Virus record (IMG/VR): IMGVR_UViG_651053002_000003
Coordinates: 2,520 to 66,519 of that record
Length of the DNA: 64,000 bases
Source of the DNA: a virus
Lineage: Duplodnaviria > Caudoviricetes
Strand: one strand, 5' to 3'
The first letter of the stretch is position 1; each line of letters starts with the position of its first letter. Position numbers and translations under genes: made by a program. Under the pieces are notes generated by a model. The model saw nothing but the letters and a program-made list of their open reading frames with translations. It searched no databases and was not told the origin of the DNA. This document shows positions 40,687-50,562 of the stretch, in pieces.

Positions 40687-41406
40687 CTATTGATTCTTAT
40701 AAAGAGCTTGGATGCGATCCCAGTTTTGATTGACTTCCTCGGTACTCATCTTTTTAATGTCTTCTTCTGTTAACGGGGCTGATGCTCCGCCTGATGGTGT
40801 CGGCGTGCTACCGTTCTTTTTGAAATGATCGTTTACGATGCTTTGTTCAAAAGTCTTGAAGGCTTCGGCCAAGGTATTCAAATTTTGTTCTGTGGTCGCA
40901 TCGTCCTGACCGATAAAAAAGTCAACAAGATTAGTAGGCAAGCCCTTTTCCGTTGCAATTGAAAGGGCCGTATTTCTCAACGACTCCCGCGTTTTCTCTT
41001 GCTCAAGGTTCTGGAATTTTTCCTGCAACTCACGTAATTGCTTTTGTTCCTCTGTTTCAGGAGGAAACCGCTTTGAAATCTCTTCCTCAAGTTTCTTGGG
41101 CAACGTATTTTTCTCATACGTCTTGATCGCCTCTGTCACCCTTGCATCAGATGTTGATTGAAGCAGCTTCTTTCCCTCATCATTTGTTTCTAGGAAAGCC
41201 CGTACTGCATCCAGCGAGAGTTCTCCGCCGCTCGGCTGCGGTGCCGGATCGGTACCGGTTCCAGCTGCTGGCTGGGCCCCCGGTGTTGGATCAGCCGCGC
41301 CCCCAGGTTCGGAAAAATGCTGAAGGTTAATGCGCAGTGGCAGCCTTTCTTTTTTCATGAAATTCATTGACGGACTGACTGACTTATCCGTGTTTAATCG
41401 TTTCAT
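40687..41406 (-). CDS. Capsid scaffolding protein
   Basis: LRINLQHFSE motif, coiled coil; upstream of capsid gene. Confidence 0.85.
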   Translation of the reverse strand: MKRLNTDKSVSPSMNFMKKERLPLRINLQHFSEPGGAADPTPGAQPAAGTGTDPAPQPSGGELSLDAVRAFLETNDEGKKLLQSTSDARVTEAIKTYEKNTLPKKLEEEISKRFPPETEEQKQLRELQEKFQNLEQEKTRESLRNTALSIATEKGLPTNLVDFFIGQDDATTEQNLNTLAEAFKTFEQSIVNDHFKKNGSTPTPSGGASAPLTEEDIKKMSTEEVNQNWDRIQALYKNQ

Positions 41407-41673
41407 TTCTGTGTGTCCTCCTTGCCCTTATCAGTTGCCGAAGCCCCTAACAAGTTCAAAAGTATTTCGGTTGCTCTTTAACGCCTACAACGCGAAAAAA
41501 AGGCATAAAAAAAAGCCACTCAAAAGAGTAGCTTTCTGCTCAATTAGTCAGAAACGTTATCCTTCTTCCTGTTTAGAAACAGAGACTTTTTCACTTCAGC
41601 ATATATTTCTTCTGATTCATGTAGCAGGTTTTCGTTTTCCAGCATCCTCAACAAAGAATTAATCCTCAACTCT

Positions 41674-43107
41674 TCATTCAGATGGCTGTTTTTTTCTTTC
41701 GTCCTTTTGAAAAGCTTCATCATCCTCATTCGCCTCCTGTTCCTCGTCTTCATCCTGATTATCATCAATGGTGTAAGCATCTGCTTCCGCTCTCATTCTT
41801 TCAATCTCAAAACGCACATCATCAATGAACGATAGTAGAGCAAGCCGCGTTTCTTCGCTTACCAGTCCTTTGAGTTCCGCAGATGCTTGAGCCTCTTCGA
41901 GAATGTTCGCAGGAAGATTCCGCTTGAATTGAAACCATAGTTTCAGATACGCGTCTTTGCCGGCCAGTATCCTTTTGGACCATGCCGAGCAGAGTATTTT
42001 ATACTGATACCGGAATGCCGCGGTCATTTTGCGTTCCATAGTAATTGCCTTGTGTTCCAGCGCCATAAGCTTATACCGCATGGCAACGCCTGTAATAGTG
42101 CCCCCGAAAGAGCCGTCAGAAAAATTGACTGTCTTCGCAAAACGCAAAATATTTTCTTCCAGCCGGTTCAAATGATTTTCGATCATGGCGTCGTTTATTT
42201 CCTTGGTTAAAAATTTCACGTCGCCGTTATCGTCGAAGACTTCAAACACGCCATTCTTTTTCAACTTTTCCATATCCTCATCATCGAGTGAAGCCCCTTT
42301 TACAATCAAGTATGCAAGCCGAAACTGTTCGATTTCGTTCGATGCGTCAGACAAAGTTCTGTCATATGCATCAATTAAAGAAATGACTTTTTCAGTGTCG
42401 CCTTTCATTTCTTTATTGTTCGGAACACCAAACAACGGGCATCCATTGAAAAGATGGGGCTTCGTCTCAATAAGATCGTACTTCGCTTTATCAGACGACT
42501 TAAACGAATAAATGAACGTTTCATCGTAGAAATCAGCCCGATATGACTCGACTTTTTTGCCGCTCACCCACTCAAACACTGAATAATAGCGCAAAGCATA
42601 TGTGGGCTCTGTTATATCGTCTAAAGCGAGAATAATGCATTCCCACGGATCAACGTTTCGCAGGCATTCGTTTCCGTCTTCATTAACAAACAGCAGGCGG
42701 GCGCCGTAACCGCAGATGGAAGCCATTTTCCCGAGTTCGGAATCGGCGTCCTCAATGTTATTTCTCGTATTGAAAATACTCACTTGGTCTTTCAATTGCT
42801 TATCTTCAGTTTCATAAGAAATGGGGTGTCCAAACATATAGCCTGTCTTAGTATCAATGATTTCAGAGTCAAATGAGTTGTTCAGCTTATTGTTTACCTT
42901 GTCATCAATACGTTGCACCTTATCGGTTCCCGCGCTTCCATAATCAATGATGGACCGTGTTAATATGGGAACGCCGGCCGGATCAGCCTTATATCTTGCA
43001 TATAGCTTCATCAATTTTTCACGAACAGGGACGTGTTCATTAATCATCATCTTGATAATGTCACCGTTGATTCCACTCTGGCGAATTAGATTTATATATT
43101 CCTTCAT
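41674..43107 (-). CDS. Portal protein (SPP1 gp6-like)
   Basis: GYMFGHPISY, LIDAYD..LSD, SGVA/TGVAMRYKL-type motif. Confidence 0.9.
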   Translation of the reverse strand: MKEYINLIRQSGINGDIIKMMINEHVPVREKLMKLYARYKADPAGVPILTRSIIDYGSAGTDKVQRIDDKVNNKLNNSFDSEIIDTKTGYMFGHPISYETEDKQLKDQVSIFNTRNNIEDADSELGKMASICGYGARLLFVNEDGNECLRNVDPWECIILALDDITEPTYALRYYSVFEWVSGKKVESYRADFYDETFIYSFKSSDKAKYDLIETKPHLFNGCPLFGVPNNKEMKGDTEKVISLIDAYDRTLSDASNEIEQFRLAYLIVKGASLDDEDMEKLKKNGVFEVFDDNGDVKFLTKEINDAMIENHLNRLEENILRFAKTVNFSDGSFGGTITGVAMRYKLMALEHKAITMERKMTAAFRYQYKILCSAWSKRILAGKDAYLKLWFQFKRNLPANILEEAQASAELKGLVSEETRLALLSFIDDVRFEIERMRAEADAYTIDDNQDEDEEQEANEDDEAFQKDERKKQPSE

Positions 43108-43110
43108 TGG

Positions 43111-44322
43111 TCACTCCCCCTTTCTGTGTTTCGGCTTGTTGTGGGTATACAGAGCGTACCGGAGAGCATCCAGCACGTCGTCCCATTCCTTCACAGGGTC
43201 GCCGGTCTTGGGATTCCATACATACATGAAAATTTCTTTTTTGAAGCGCTCAACCTTGTCTTTCACGACGAATAACTCATTTCGTTTAAACAGCCGGGCC
43301 ACTTCTTCAATACCGGATATGATCGCCTTATCGGCGTTCAGGGCTCGCAACTTCTCCCGCCTAAAGCGCTGCACATGCTCTGGCCGCGCAGAATCGCAGT
43401 AGAAATTAATATTGCCGTACCGCTCCTTTACGCCTTTCGCTACTTTCACCCAGTAGTCAATTTCCTCATGCTGCTTGGCATGTTCTTCGAGCAAATAAAA
43501 ACACCCTTGGTCATCTTGCCCGATTACGACAATAGAACCCGGGTGCTCATATCCCCAGTCAACGCCGGCGAAATACTTCTTGAAGTTGACGCGCCTGTTC
43601 TCCAATTCCTCAGAACTGATATAGTGAATGTCCTTATTGAAGTCCCGGTAAATGACTCCTTCAGACGCCACCCAATAACCGTTTATATCTCGATCGGTAA
43701 ACATGCCGCTGGGCGTCGATGCCACGATACTCTCCACATATTCCGGATCAAGAAAATTGTTATCGAACAGCGAGAAATGAAATGACCGGATGTTCAGCCG
43801 GCCGCTCTTCAACTTTTGCCCGTCTTTGTCGATATAATCGGTTTTAACGGTGTGCATCGGGTTTTCGGGGTTTGTATCCATCATGACCACAGCGCCTTTA
43901 TAAGAGCACCGGGAAATGACTTCTTTTACAAATGAATCATGCAGGGCGGTCGCCTCATTCAGAAACGCGCCGGCTGACGTGAACCCCCGCGCCTTTTTCC
44001 ATGAATTTGCGTTTGCTCCGTCAAAGCAATATACCTGATTACCGAATATCTCAACGGCGCTCGACTTATTGAGTTTCAATTCCTTGCCGAGAATCTGTTC
44101 TAAATCATTCAGAACGTTCCGCCTGATAGTCCCCAGGTTCGCCCCGCCAATAACAAAATTCAATCCCATGTTTTGATACTTGCTGACGTGAGCAAGAAAC
44201 GCCAATAGGAGCACGAATGTTTTTCCTGCCCTCTTTGCGCCGCTACAAATTAAAATTTTGGGCTGCTCTTTTATGAAGCTGTCCCAAACTTCCTTTTGCT
44301 TTTTATTCAGTTCCATCGGCAT
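43111..44322 (-). CDS. Terminase large subunit (PBSX family)
   Basis: [28 protein letters not shown]. Confidence 0.92.
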   Translation of the reverse strand: MPMELNKKQKEVWDSFIKEQPKILICSGAKRAGKTFVLLLAFLAHVSKYQNMGLNFVIGGANLGTIRRNVLNDLEQILGKELKLNKSSAVEIFGNQVYCFDGANANSWKKARGFTSAGAFLNEATALHDSFVKEVISRCSYKGAVVMMDTNPENPMHTVKTDYIDKDGQKLKSGRLNIRSFHFSLFDNNFLDPEYVESIVASTPSGMFTDRDINGYWVASEGVIYRDFNKDIHYISSEELENRRVNFKKYFAGVDWGYEHPGSIVVIGQDDQGCFYLLEEHAKQHEEIDYWVKVAKGVKERYGNINFYCDSARPEHVQRFRREKLRALNADKAIISGIEEVARLFKRNELFVVKDKVERFKKEIFMYVWNPKTGDPVKEWDDVLDALRYALYTHNKPKHRKGE

Positions 44323-45058
44323 CCACCATTTTTCTTAACATTGTAGCAATCTCATTTTCTTTGGTGTTTTCGTCGCCGCCGTTAATAGCCTTCTTGGTCT
44401 TCTCGATATTCAAGCGCATTTGTTCCAATTTAAGGCGCCGCTCATCTTGCTCATGCGCCAGCTGGTCAAATTGCTTGATCAAGCTCCGGAGCTCCCCCAT
44501 TGCCCGAGATTGAGCATTCAGGAATGCCGCCTGCTTATCCCATGCGAATTGTATATCGTGCTGCAGCTCTTCCACAAAGTGAGCTTTTGAAAGACTGCCG
44601 TCCTCATTTATGCTGAGGTCACCTTTTATTTTAGAGACAATTTTCGTAGTGTCGTTTTTATCCTGCACAAACATAATGCGTTGTGCCCGCAGAATGGCCG
44701 CGTATTGAATCTGAATTTGATCCCATATCATATCAGCAGGGGAACGCTCCTGAATCTCTTCCATGATTTCAAGCGTTTCTTCTGGCAGATACTTTGAGAA
44801 AAACCCATGCGAAACCGCGTTTCGATTTCTCTCCGGGGCGCCGCCGTTGTTCCCCAATGCATTTTTATTACCGGGTGGGGCGCCTGCTTTTTTTGTGTGC
44901 ACACTTTTTTCAGAGGGTGCACCCTTTTTTCGTTCCCAACCATGCCGCTGCTTCCATGATTTAATGGTGTTCACTGACACCCCGTACTTTTCGGCAAGGT
45001 CCTTGTATTTCATGCCTTTGGCGTAATCCTTATACGCCTGAATGTGCTTTTCAGCCAT
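44303..45058 (-). CDS. Terminase small subunit (YqaS-like)
   Basis: N-terminal [12 protein letters not shown] repeats. Confidence 0.88.
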   Translation of the reverse strand: MAEKHIQAYKDYAKGMKYKDLAEKYGVSVNTIKSWKQRHGWERKKGAPSEKSVHTKKAGAPPGNKNALGNNGGAPERNRNAVSHGFFSKYLPEETLEIMEEIQERSPADMIWDQIQIQYAAILRAQRIMFVQDKNDTTKIVSKIKGDLSINEDGSLSKAHFVEELQHDIQFAWDKQAAFLNAQSRAMGELRSLIKQFDQLAHEQDERRLKLEQMRLNIEKTKKAINGGDENTKENEIATMLRKMVDADGTE

Positions 45059-45235
45059 CTACATCCACCGCCGCCTCCTTTTGAATTGAGTTGTTTTGGA
45101 AAAAGATATTCTCTCTAAACCGACGCCGCACTCAGACCGTTAACCGCCAATAGTTTTTCTGAGATTTACCGGAATCGGTTTACAGAGAACATAAAAAAGC
45201 GCCCCCAAAAGGAAAGCGCTACATGCTTGTTTTAT

Positions 45236-45547
45236 TTATTCTTCAGATACAAAATGCTCAGGAACAGGTTCTCTCTTCAGATTTCCCCAAGGAGTTACTA
45301 ACTTTTGGTCACGTACATCGTCTGACATGATAGTCACTATTTCATATTTTTTTACTTTATCCAGATTTTGTTTTCCAATTTCGAACAACCACTCATGAAT
45401 ATTAATATTTCGTAGATTACATGGTCCATTTGCTTGTGCTACATACGAAACCCGGACTTCCAATAAATAACGGCCGTCCTTTTTTAAATAAACCCCATCA
45501 TAGGAGCTTAATCGATCACTAATTTCATATTCAACACTTGAAGTCAT
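45236..45547 (-). CDS. Moron hypothetical protein
   Basis: Own TATAAT, GGAGG RBS and downstream terminator; TGTCGAA (0A box) at 45613-45619. Confidence 0.7.
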   Translation of the reverse strand: MTSSVEYEISDRLSSYDGVYLKKDGRYLLEVRVSYVAQANGPCNLRNINIHEWLFEIGKQNLDKVKKYEIVTIMSDDVRDQKLVTPWGNLKREPVPEHFVSEE

Positions 45548-45675
45548 TTTGTCACCCCTCCCCTACCAAATTATAGGTGATAACAAGGGACAAAGGAACA
45601 ATCTGCAAAATTTGTCGAACGAAAGCGTCCTTCATAAATAGGTGGCATTCACATTACAAAAAATTCAAAAGGTGA

Positions 45676-46314
45676 TTATTTTTTAATAATAATTATTTTT
45701 TTTGATGTATCGCAAACTTCATGAATTTTAATATCACTATAATTATTTAAGTTCAAGAAACCATATTCTTTTTCATTCAACGCTGCTAATTCCTTCGAAT
45801 GTTTTTTCTTTTTTTCAATGCACTCATTAATAAGCACTTCAATAAGGTTAAACTTTGCTGATCTTCCTTTTGTAGTAAACTCGATTACCTGGTAAAAAGC
45901 AAAAATTAAAATAAAAAAGGTACAAATGGCATAAACGAGAACTGAATATAAATCTGGACTTATCCTTAGAATGGTAGTGTCTTTAGTAATTGAATCAATC
46001 ATTGCATTTGATATTGTTACTGTCACCGTACAAACGGATAACAAAATAGTAAAAGGTATACTGATCAAACTTCTTATATCGCCCTCAACTTTTCTATTTG
46101 CTTTTAAACGATTAGACATTTCAATAAGTTGATCAAGAGAATGGTCATTCGTAACTTTCTGTTTGAATTTATCCTGTTTTCCGTTATTTTTTTTATATGC
46201 CTTTCCGTAATTTCTTTGCAAATAAACAGTTACACTTTTTGCTTTTTTATATTCTATTTTTCTTCTCCAGAAAAAAATGTACTTGCTAATCATACTCCAT
46301 TTCATAATCATCAC
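45676..46314 (-). CDS. AT-rich moron membrane protein (2 TM)
   Basis: 212 aa with two hydrophobic segments. Confidence 0.7.
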   Translation of the reverse strand: MMIMKWSMISKYIFFWRRKIEYKKAKSVTVYLQRNYGKAYKKNNGKQDKFKQKVTNDHSLDQLIEMSNRLKANRKVEGDIRSLISIPFTILLSVCTVTVTISNAMIDSITKDTTILRISPDLYSVLVYAICTFFILIFAFYQVIEFTTKGRSAKFNLIEVLINECIEKKKKHSKELAALNEKEYGFLNLNNYSDIKIHEVCDTSKKIIIIKK

Positions 46315-46323
46315 CTATGAAGT

Positions 46324-46350
46324 GTATCGGCAAACAAGAGTCATTTTTTA
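46324..46350 (-). promoter_or_regulatory. SigD-type promoter
   Basis: TAAA-N15-GCCGATAC. Confidence 0.65.
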
Positions 46351-46451
46351 GAAACAAATAAAAAGCTCTATACGAAATAAGAGCTTTTTGTTCACTATAT
46401 GAAATTGGTGGGGACGCAGGAATATTTCGCCTCCCCGTCCTGCCTTCCAGT

Positions 46452-46913
46452 TTACACTGCGGATTTTATCTGATTCAACAATTGCAAAAGCTGACACGTT
46501 TCGCACATTTGGCACAAATGGCACACAATATCATTTTTAATGCGTCTGACTGTTTCGCGGGAAACACCAAGATGCAGCGCGATTTCACGAAACTTCATCC
46601 CTTCTAACATGCAATCAAAGACAATCCGGTTTTTTTCGTCTTCTATTTCTTCAGTAGAGCGCTCAAGAAAATCAACGATAGTTTCGTATTTACGGAGCCG
46701 CTTTTCCCGACGATTCATCTGACGTAATTCCGCCTGGCTTATTCCGGCTGATCCTCTCGGCATTCCTGCTTCGTCACCGTAAGTAGCCACAAGCTTCTGC
46801 CCGGCAAACTCCACCTTGTTGAGAATGCGGCTCAATCGACTGATCTCCCGCAGCATAAAATTATAATCACGAATCCATTCTTCGATTTCCCAAGCCATCA
46901 TTTGATCAGACAT
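46452..46913 (-). CDS. Late-gene activator with sigma70 region 4-like HTH (YqaQ-like)
   Basis: [22 protein letters not shown]; end of the early region. Confidence 0.8.
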   Translation of the reverse strand: MSDQMMAWEIEEWIRDYNFMLREISRLSRILNKVEFAGQKLVATYGDEAGMPRGSAGISQAELRQMNRREKRLRKYETIVDFLERSTEEIEDEKNRIVFDCMLEGMKFREIALHLGVSRETVRRIKNDIVCHLCQMCETCQLLQLLNQIKSAV

Positions 46914-47119
46914 TATAAACTCTCCTTTTGTCCGTAAATAGAATATTTCTCATTCCAACCGTTCTTTTTTTGTTCTGCCAGATATTCGGTTTTAGATACT
47001 TCCTGAATTGTTAGGCTGCACTTTTCCATCAAGAAACTTTTCATATTCTCGAATAAATCTTCTTTTCCGCACAAAAGATTCACGATTTTCCCATTTTGAT
47101 TGGCGAATCCATACTTCAC
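46913..47119 (-). CDS. Hypothetical phage protein
   Basis: GGAG RBS and GTG start; coupled to the next gene. Confidence 0.55.
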   Translation of the reverse strand: MKYGFANQNGKIVNLLCGKEDLFENMKSFLMEKCSLTIQEVSKTEYLAEQKKNGWNEKYSIYGQKESL

Positions 47120-47133
47120 ACCAAACACTCCCT

Positions 47134-47262
47134 TTATTTGCGTCTCAAAGCGCCACCCTTGCCTCTTTTCAGAGTTTGCATATTTTGTCCCATCATCCGC
47201 TGCCAAAAGCGATCTGATCGCTCAGAAACGTTTTTATCTGGCTCCTTTTTCTTCCGCTTCAT
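47134..47262 (-). CDS. Small basic phage protein (42 aa)
   Basis: Read manually: AGGAGG RBS, MKRKKKEPDKNVSERSDRFWQRMMGQNMQTLKRGKGGALRRK. Confidence 0.65.
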   Translation of the reverse strand: MKRKKKEPDKNVSERSDRFWQRMMGQNMQTLKRGKGGALRRK

Positions 47263-47277
47263 GTCATCCCTCCTGAT

Positions 47278-47357
47278 AACAAAAAACGGACACCAACCAG
47301 AGCGCAGAAAAAATTCTTGTGCAATGATCAGTGTCCGCAGGCTTTCCGTCTTGGACG
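47278..47357 (-). promoter_or_regulatory. Structured terminator-associated RNA motif, copy 1
   Basis: GTCCAAGACGGAAAGCCTGCGGACACTGA...TGGTGTCCGTTTTTT. Confidence 0.65.
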
Positions 47358-47463
47358 TATTTATTTTTAAGCTCTCTGGCTGCGTAATGCCAGCAGGCTC
47401 ATTTTTAACTCTTCATATGCTTATATTTTACCATAATCCGGGTTCAATAGGGTTACCAAATCA

Positions 47464-47754
47464 TTAAAGGCCGGCTTTCTCTTTATATTGCTCCCAAAAG
47501 CCGTTCACTTCATCCAAGTACCTTGTGGCCTCGGAGCTTTTGGTTTCAGCCTCTTCTCGAATTGCGTCAAAAGCCTCTTCGAATTCATCGGCAGGCGTCT
47601 TTAATATCTGATATTCGTTGGTAGCGAGGGCAGTTGCAAGAGCGACAGGATCAAGACGGTTTAACGGGGCCCATTCTCCCTGCCAATTCCCTAAGCTAAC
47701 GCTTTTCCGTAAGCTCTCAAAAGCCGCAGCCTGTTCTTTTGTTAATTGTAGCAT
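47464..47754 (-). CDS. Hypothetical phage protein
   Basis: GGAGG RBS, 96 aa. Confidence 0.65.
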   Translation of the reverse strand: MLQLTKEQAAAFESLRKSVSLGNWQGEWAPLNRLDPVALATALATNEYQILKTPADEFEEAFDAIREEAETKSSEATRYLDEVNGFWEQYKEKAGL

Positions 47755-47787
47755 TGTATTTTCCTCCGATTCTTCTTTGAATTTATC

Positions 47788-47868
47788 TTACTTCACAATG
47801 AATTTTGCCGATTCAAATGTTCCGATGTAGTTCCGCTTGCCAGAATCAGAGTAGCAGTCCAGCTGGAT
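47788..47868 (-). repeat. Diverged duplicate of the 3' end of gene 49643..50077
   Basis: Encodes IQLDCYSDSGKRNYIGTFESAKFIVK* versus ...ESAKFQIK*. Confidence 0.85.
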
Positions 47869-47882
47869 ACATTAGTTAGTCG

Positions 47883-47955
47883 AAACAAAAAACGGACACC
47901 AAACAAACAGCATTAAAGCTGGAAGTTCAGTGTCCGCAGGCTTTCCGTCTAAGAC
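47883..47955 (-). promoter_or_regulatory. Structured terminator-associated RNA motif, copy 2
   Basis: GTCTTAGACGGAAAGCCTGCGGACACTGA...TGGTGTCCGTTTTTT. Confidence 0.65.
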
Positions 47956-47959
47956 CCAT

Positions 47960-48598
47960 TTAATTAAAAATAAAAAAAGATGTAGAAATCAAAGTATAAA
48001 AAATCATGATTAACAAAGAATAAAAAATAAATTTTAAAGAGAGATTAACGCGTCTAGCTTTGTTTTCTCTTATTAATGAAACACTCCTCAATTCAGTAAG
48101 TAGAATTGACGTAATATCTTCAATGCTTAAATTATTAAACCTATTTCTGAAATCATTTGCTTTTTCGTTGTGTATTAATTTGGTTGAATCAGCAAATAAA
48201 TTATAAATAGTTGATCTTGGTTTTATACTTGCAATAAAGAATATGTTTTTCTGACGATCAGACAAAACTGTATCTTCACTTTCAAAGTATCTAGGTACAA
48301 TTGCTTTTAGAGACAACGTTACAGATAATAACATAAATATAATCCCGCAAAAAAATAAAAATATTAAACCGGAATGTATGGTTGAAGAAAAATGCGAATG
48401 CTCAGTTATCTTAAATAACCTTTTGTTAAAATCAATTATTTTTTCATTTATCGCACCAATATAGGCTAAAATTATTCCGACTAGAACCAAAACTGAAGCA
48501 GCTTTCGTATCTAAAAACCTAATTGTATTTTGCGTATCTTCCAATGCTTTATATAAAAAATCAAGCTTTGTTTGTTCAGTTGCTTGCTCGGTATCCAA
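47960..48598 (-). CDS. Pycsar transmembrane effector (PycTM-like)
   Basis: TIRFLDTKAASVL N-terminal motif, TM helices, SLIRENKARRV before the last TM. Confidence 0.8.
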   Translation of the reverse strand: MDTEQATEQTKLDFLYKALEDTQNTIRFLDTKAASVLVLVGIILAYIGAINEKIIDFNKRLFKITEHSHFSSTIHSGLIFLFFCGIIFMLLSVTLSLKAIVPRYFESEDTVLSDRQKNIFFIASIKPRSTIYNLFADSTKLIHNEKANDFRNRFNNLSIEDITSILLTELRSVSLIRENKARRVNLSLKFIFYSLLIMIFYTLISTSFFIFN

Positions 48599-48607
48599 AA
48601 ATAAACC

Positions 48608-49369
48608 CTACTTTCTATTTATCATGTATCCATTATAATCATTGTTCAACTTTATTTGAGAGAAAGATATTCTTCCGTTTTTACTTGATGGCCATAGGTC
48701 TTTAACCTTTTTACTTAGTAAGACGGACCCTCCTTCCCCGCTAGATAATTTACTAGCATCATTTATACAGCTCCCGAAAGCTTTAACATCATAAGTTTCA
48801 TTAGTACCAATCTTTGTTACTATTACATCACCATAATCAATTCCAATCCCACATTTAAACTCCCACAGTATGTTATCATTCTTTATTAAGGGGTTAACAA
48901 TCTGATCCAGCGCTTCTTGTATCTTCAAACCACACAATCCCGCATTTTGAGCTGAAATTGCTCTGGCTTCCCCAGAAAAACGCCCTCCAAAAAAGGCCAT
49001 AACTCCATCGCCAGTAAAATCAAGAACAACACCCTTATATTGTTCTATTATGTATGCTACAGCCGGATAAAAAGCATGATAGGATAGAAAAGTATTATTA
49101 GGTCCTAATTTCTTAGCTCTTTTTGTTGAATTTCTAATATCAACAAACATCACGCTAAAATTGTCGCGGTCATAAGAGCCAAAATTAAGTTTCTTTGAAT
49201 CATAACCAGGCACTGCATCTGAGATTGCAGAATTTGCTTCGTAGTGAACTTTTTTAAGTTCAACACTTTTTTTCGCAGCTGCATAGTTCTTCTTAACAAT
49301 TCCTTCTGCTTCGAGCAAAATTTTGTCCAAAATATCACTACCTTGTAGGTCTTTTACATTATTGTACAA
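48608..49369 (-). CDS. Class III nucleotidyl cyclase (Pycsar PycC-like)
   Basis: VMFVDIRNST, DFTGDGVMAFF, GIGIDYG, FGSCINDASKL; start codon uncertain. Confidence 0.85.
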   Translation of the reverse strand: MYNNVKDLQGSDILDKILLEAEGIVKKNYAAAKKSVELKKVHYEANSAISDAVPGYDSKKLNFGSYDRDNFSVMFVDIRNSTKRAKKLGPNNTFLSYHAFYPAVAYIIEQYKGVVLDFTGDGVMAFFGGRFSGEARAISAQNAGLCGLKIQEALDQIVNPLIKNDNILWEFKCGIGIDYGDVIVTKIGTNETYDVKAFGSCINDASKLSSGEGGSVLLSKKVKDLWPSSKNGRISFSQIKLNNDYNGYMINRK

Positions 49370-49461
49370 CTATTCAAGACTTTTAAAAACTCCTTTTCTA
49401 TTTTTTTGTTTTTTAAAACCCAGTAAAACGAGTTAATTCTGTTTACTACTTTTATGTTAAA

Positions 49462-49632
49462 TTATTTCTTTTTGTCTAAATACTTATCGATATCTTTAAA
49501 GTAAGCCGCAGCCGTAAATGAAATGATTGCCCCGATCAAAGCCATGTTCCCCTTCATATCCGCCCTATATTCGTCCTGGAAATAAAACCAGAATCCTAAC
49601 CCCATCATCATAAAAACTATTCTCAGCGCCAT
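49462..49632 (-). CDS. Small 2-TM membrane protein
   Basis: AGGGGG RBS, 56 aa. Confidence 0.55.
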   Translation of the reverse strand: MALRIVFMMMGLGFWFYFQDEYRADMKGNMALIGAIISFTAAAYFKDIDKYLDKKK

Positions 49633-49642
49633 CGAATCCCCC

Positions 49643-50077
49643 TTATTTAATTTGAAATTTAGCCGATTCAAATGTTCCGATATAGTTCCTCTTGCCGGAA
49701 TCAGAATAGCAGTCCAGCTGAATGACATAGGTTCCCTTTCCGGTCTTATTCCGGATCGTTTTCACGTTGAATGATTTCAGAGGCGTTGCCGTTTTGAAGC
49801 TGCCCCGCTGTACTAAGTTCGTATCAGTCAGCCCGCCGCCGCTTCGCTTCTTGTATACGCCGGCCGTGTAATAAAGTGTGCTTGATCCTTTTTTCTCGGC
49901 TTTCCAGTCCACCGTTGAGGCGCCGGCCGTGTAAGTCGCGGCATCCGTAAACACCCGGCCGCTGTACCCAGATTCATTTTGCCAGCCTGACCATGCTGCG
50001 GAAGCAGACGGCGCAACCGCCACCGCTCCCGTAAGTAATGCAGCTGATAGAATGATTGATTTGAATAGTTTTTTCAT
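49643..50077 (-). CDS. Secreted hypothetical protein
   Basis: Signal peptide ending ASA. Confidence 0.75.
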   Translation of the reverse strand: MKKLFKSIILSAALLTGAVAVAPSASAAWSGWQNESGYSGRVFTDAATYTAGASTVDWKAEKKGSSTLYYTAGVYKKRSGGGLTDTNLVQRGSFKTATPLKSFNVKTIRNKTGKGTYVIQLDCYSDSGKRNYIGTFESAKFQIK

Positions 50078-50211
50078 GACTGTTCCCCTTTCTTCATATA
50101 ACAAGCCCTTCTTTGTTCACAAATAATTAACATTTATTTACAAGGAAAATAATTACTTTCTGGTGTATATATTATGAGCAACACAAAAAACTTGAGAAGG
50201 AGTGTTTCAAA

Positions 50212-50562
50212 ATGAATTTCAAAAAAACGTTGGTTTCTGCTTTAACAGTATCAGCATTAGCTTTGGCGGTTAGTGGTGCAGCCTCTGCAAAAGAAGTACA
50301 GATTTCTCCAAGTAATACAGTGGAAAGCGTTGCGACTGTTTCCGGTCCTATCAAAGTACAAGACTATTCAGTTGATGTGGCAGTAGGTAAAACTGTAAGT
50401 GTAGCTAATCCAGTAGCTGAAACTTACTCTTCTGATGCTAGTGGAATAGCCAAAGTAGATAAATATGGTGTTGTTACTGGTGTTAGTAAAGGGACTGCCC
50501 ACATTACTTTATTTAAGTCTGATAGATCAATACTCGGAGTCGTAACTGTAAATGTAAAATAA
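50212..50562 (+). CDS. Secreted Ig-like (Big_2) protein, YjdB-like
   Basis: MNFKKTLVSAL signal; SSDASGIAKVDKYGVVTGVSKGTAHIT. Confidence 0.75.
   Translation: MNFKKTLVSALTVSALALAVSGAASAKEVQISPSNTVESVATVSGPIKVQDYSVDVAVGKTVSVANPVAETYSSDASGIAKVDKYGVVTGVSKGTAHITLFKSDRSILGVVTVNVK

Noticed and set aside
47330-47357. c-di-GMP-I riboswitch (GACGGAAAGCC resembles GACGCAAAGC)
   Set aside because: No upstream GGCAAA or GNRA-capped stem is visible; treated as a different motif
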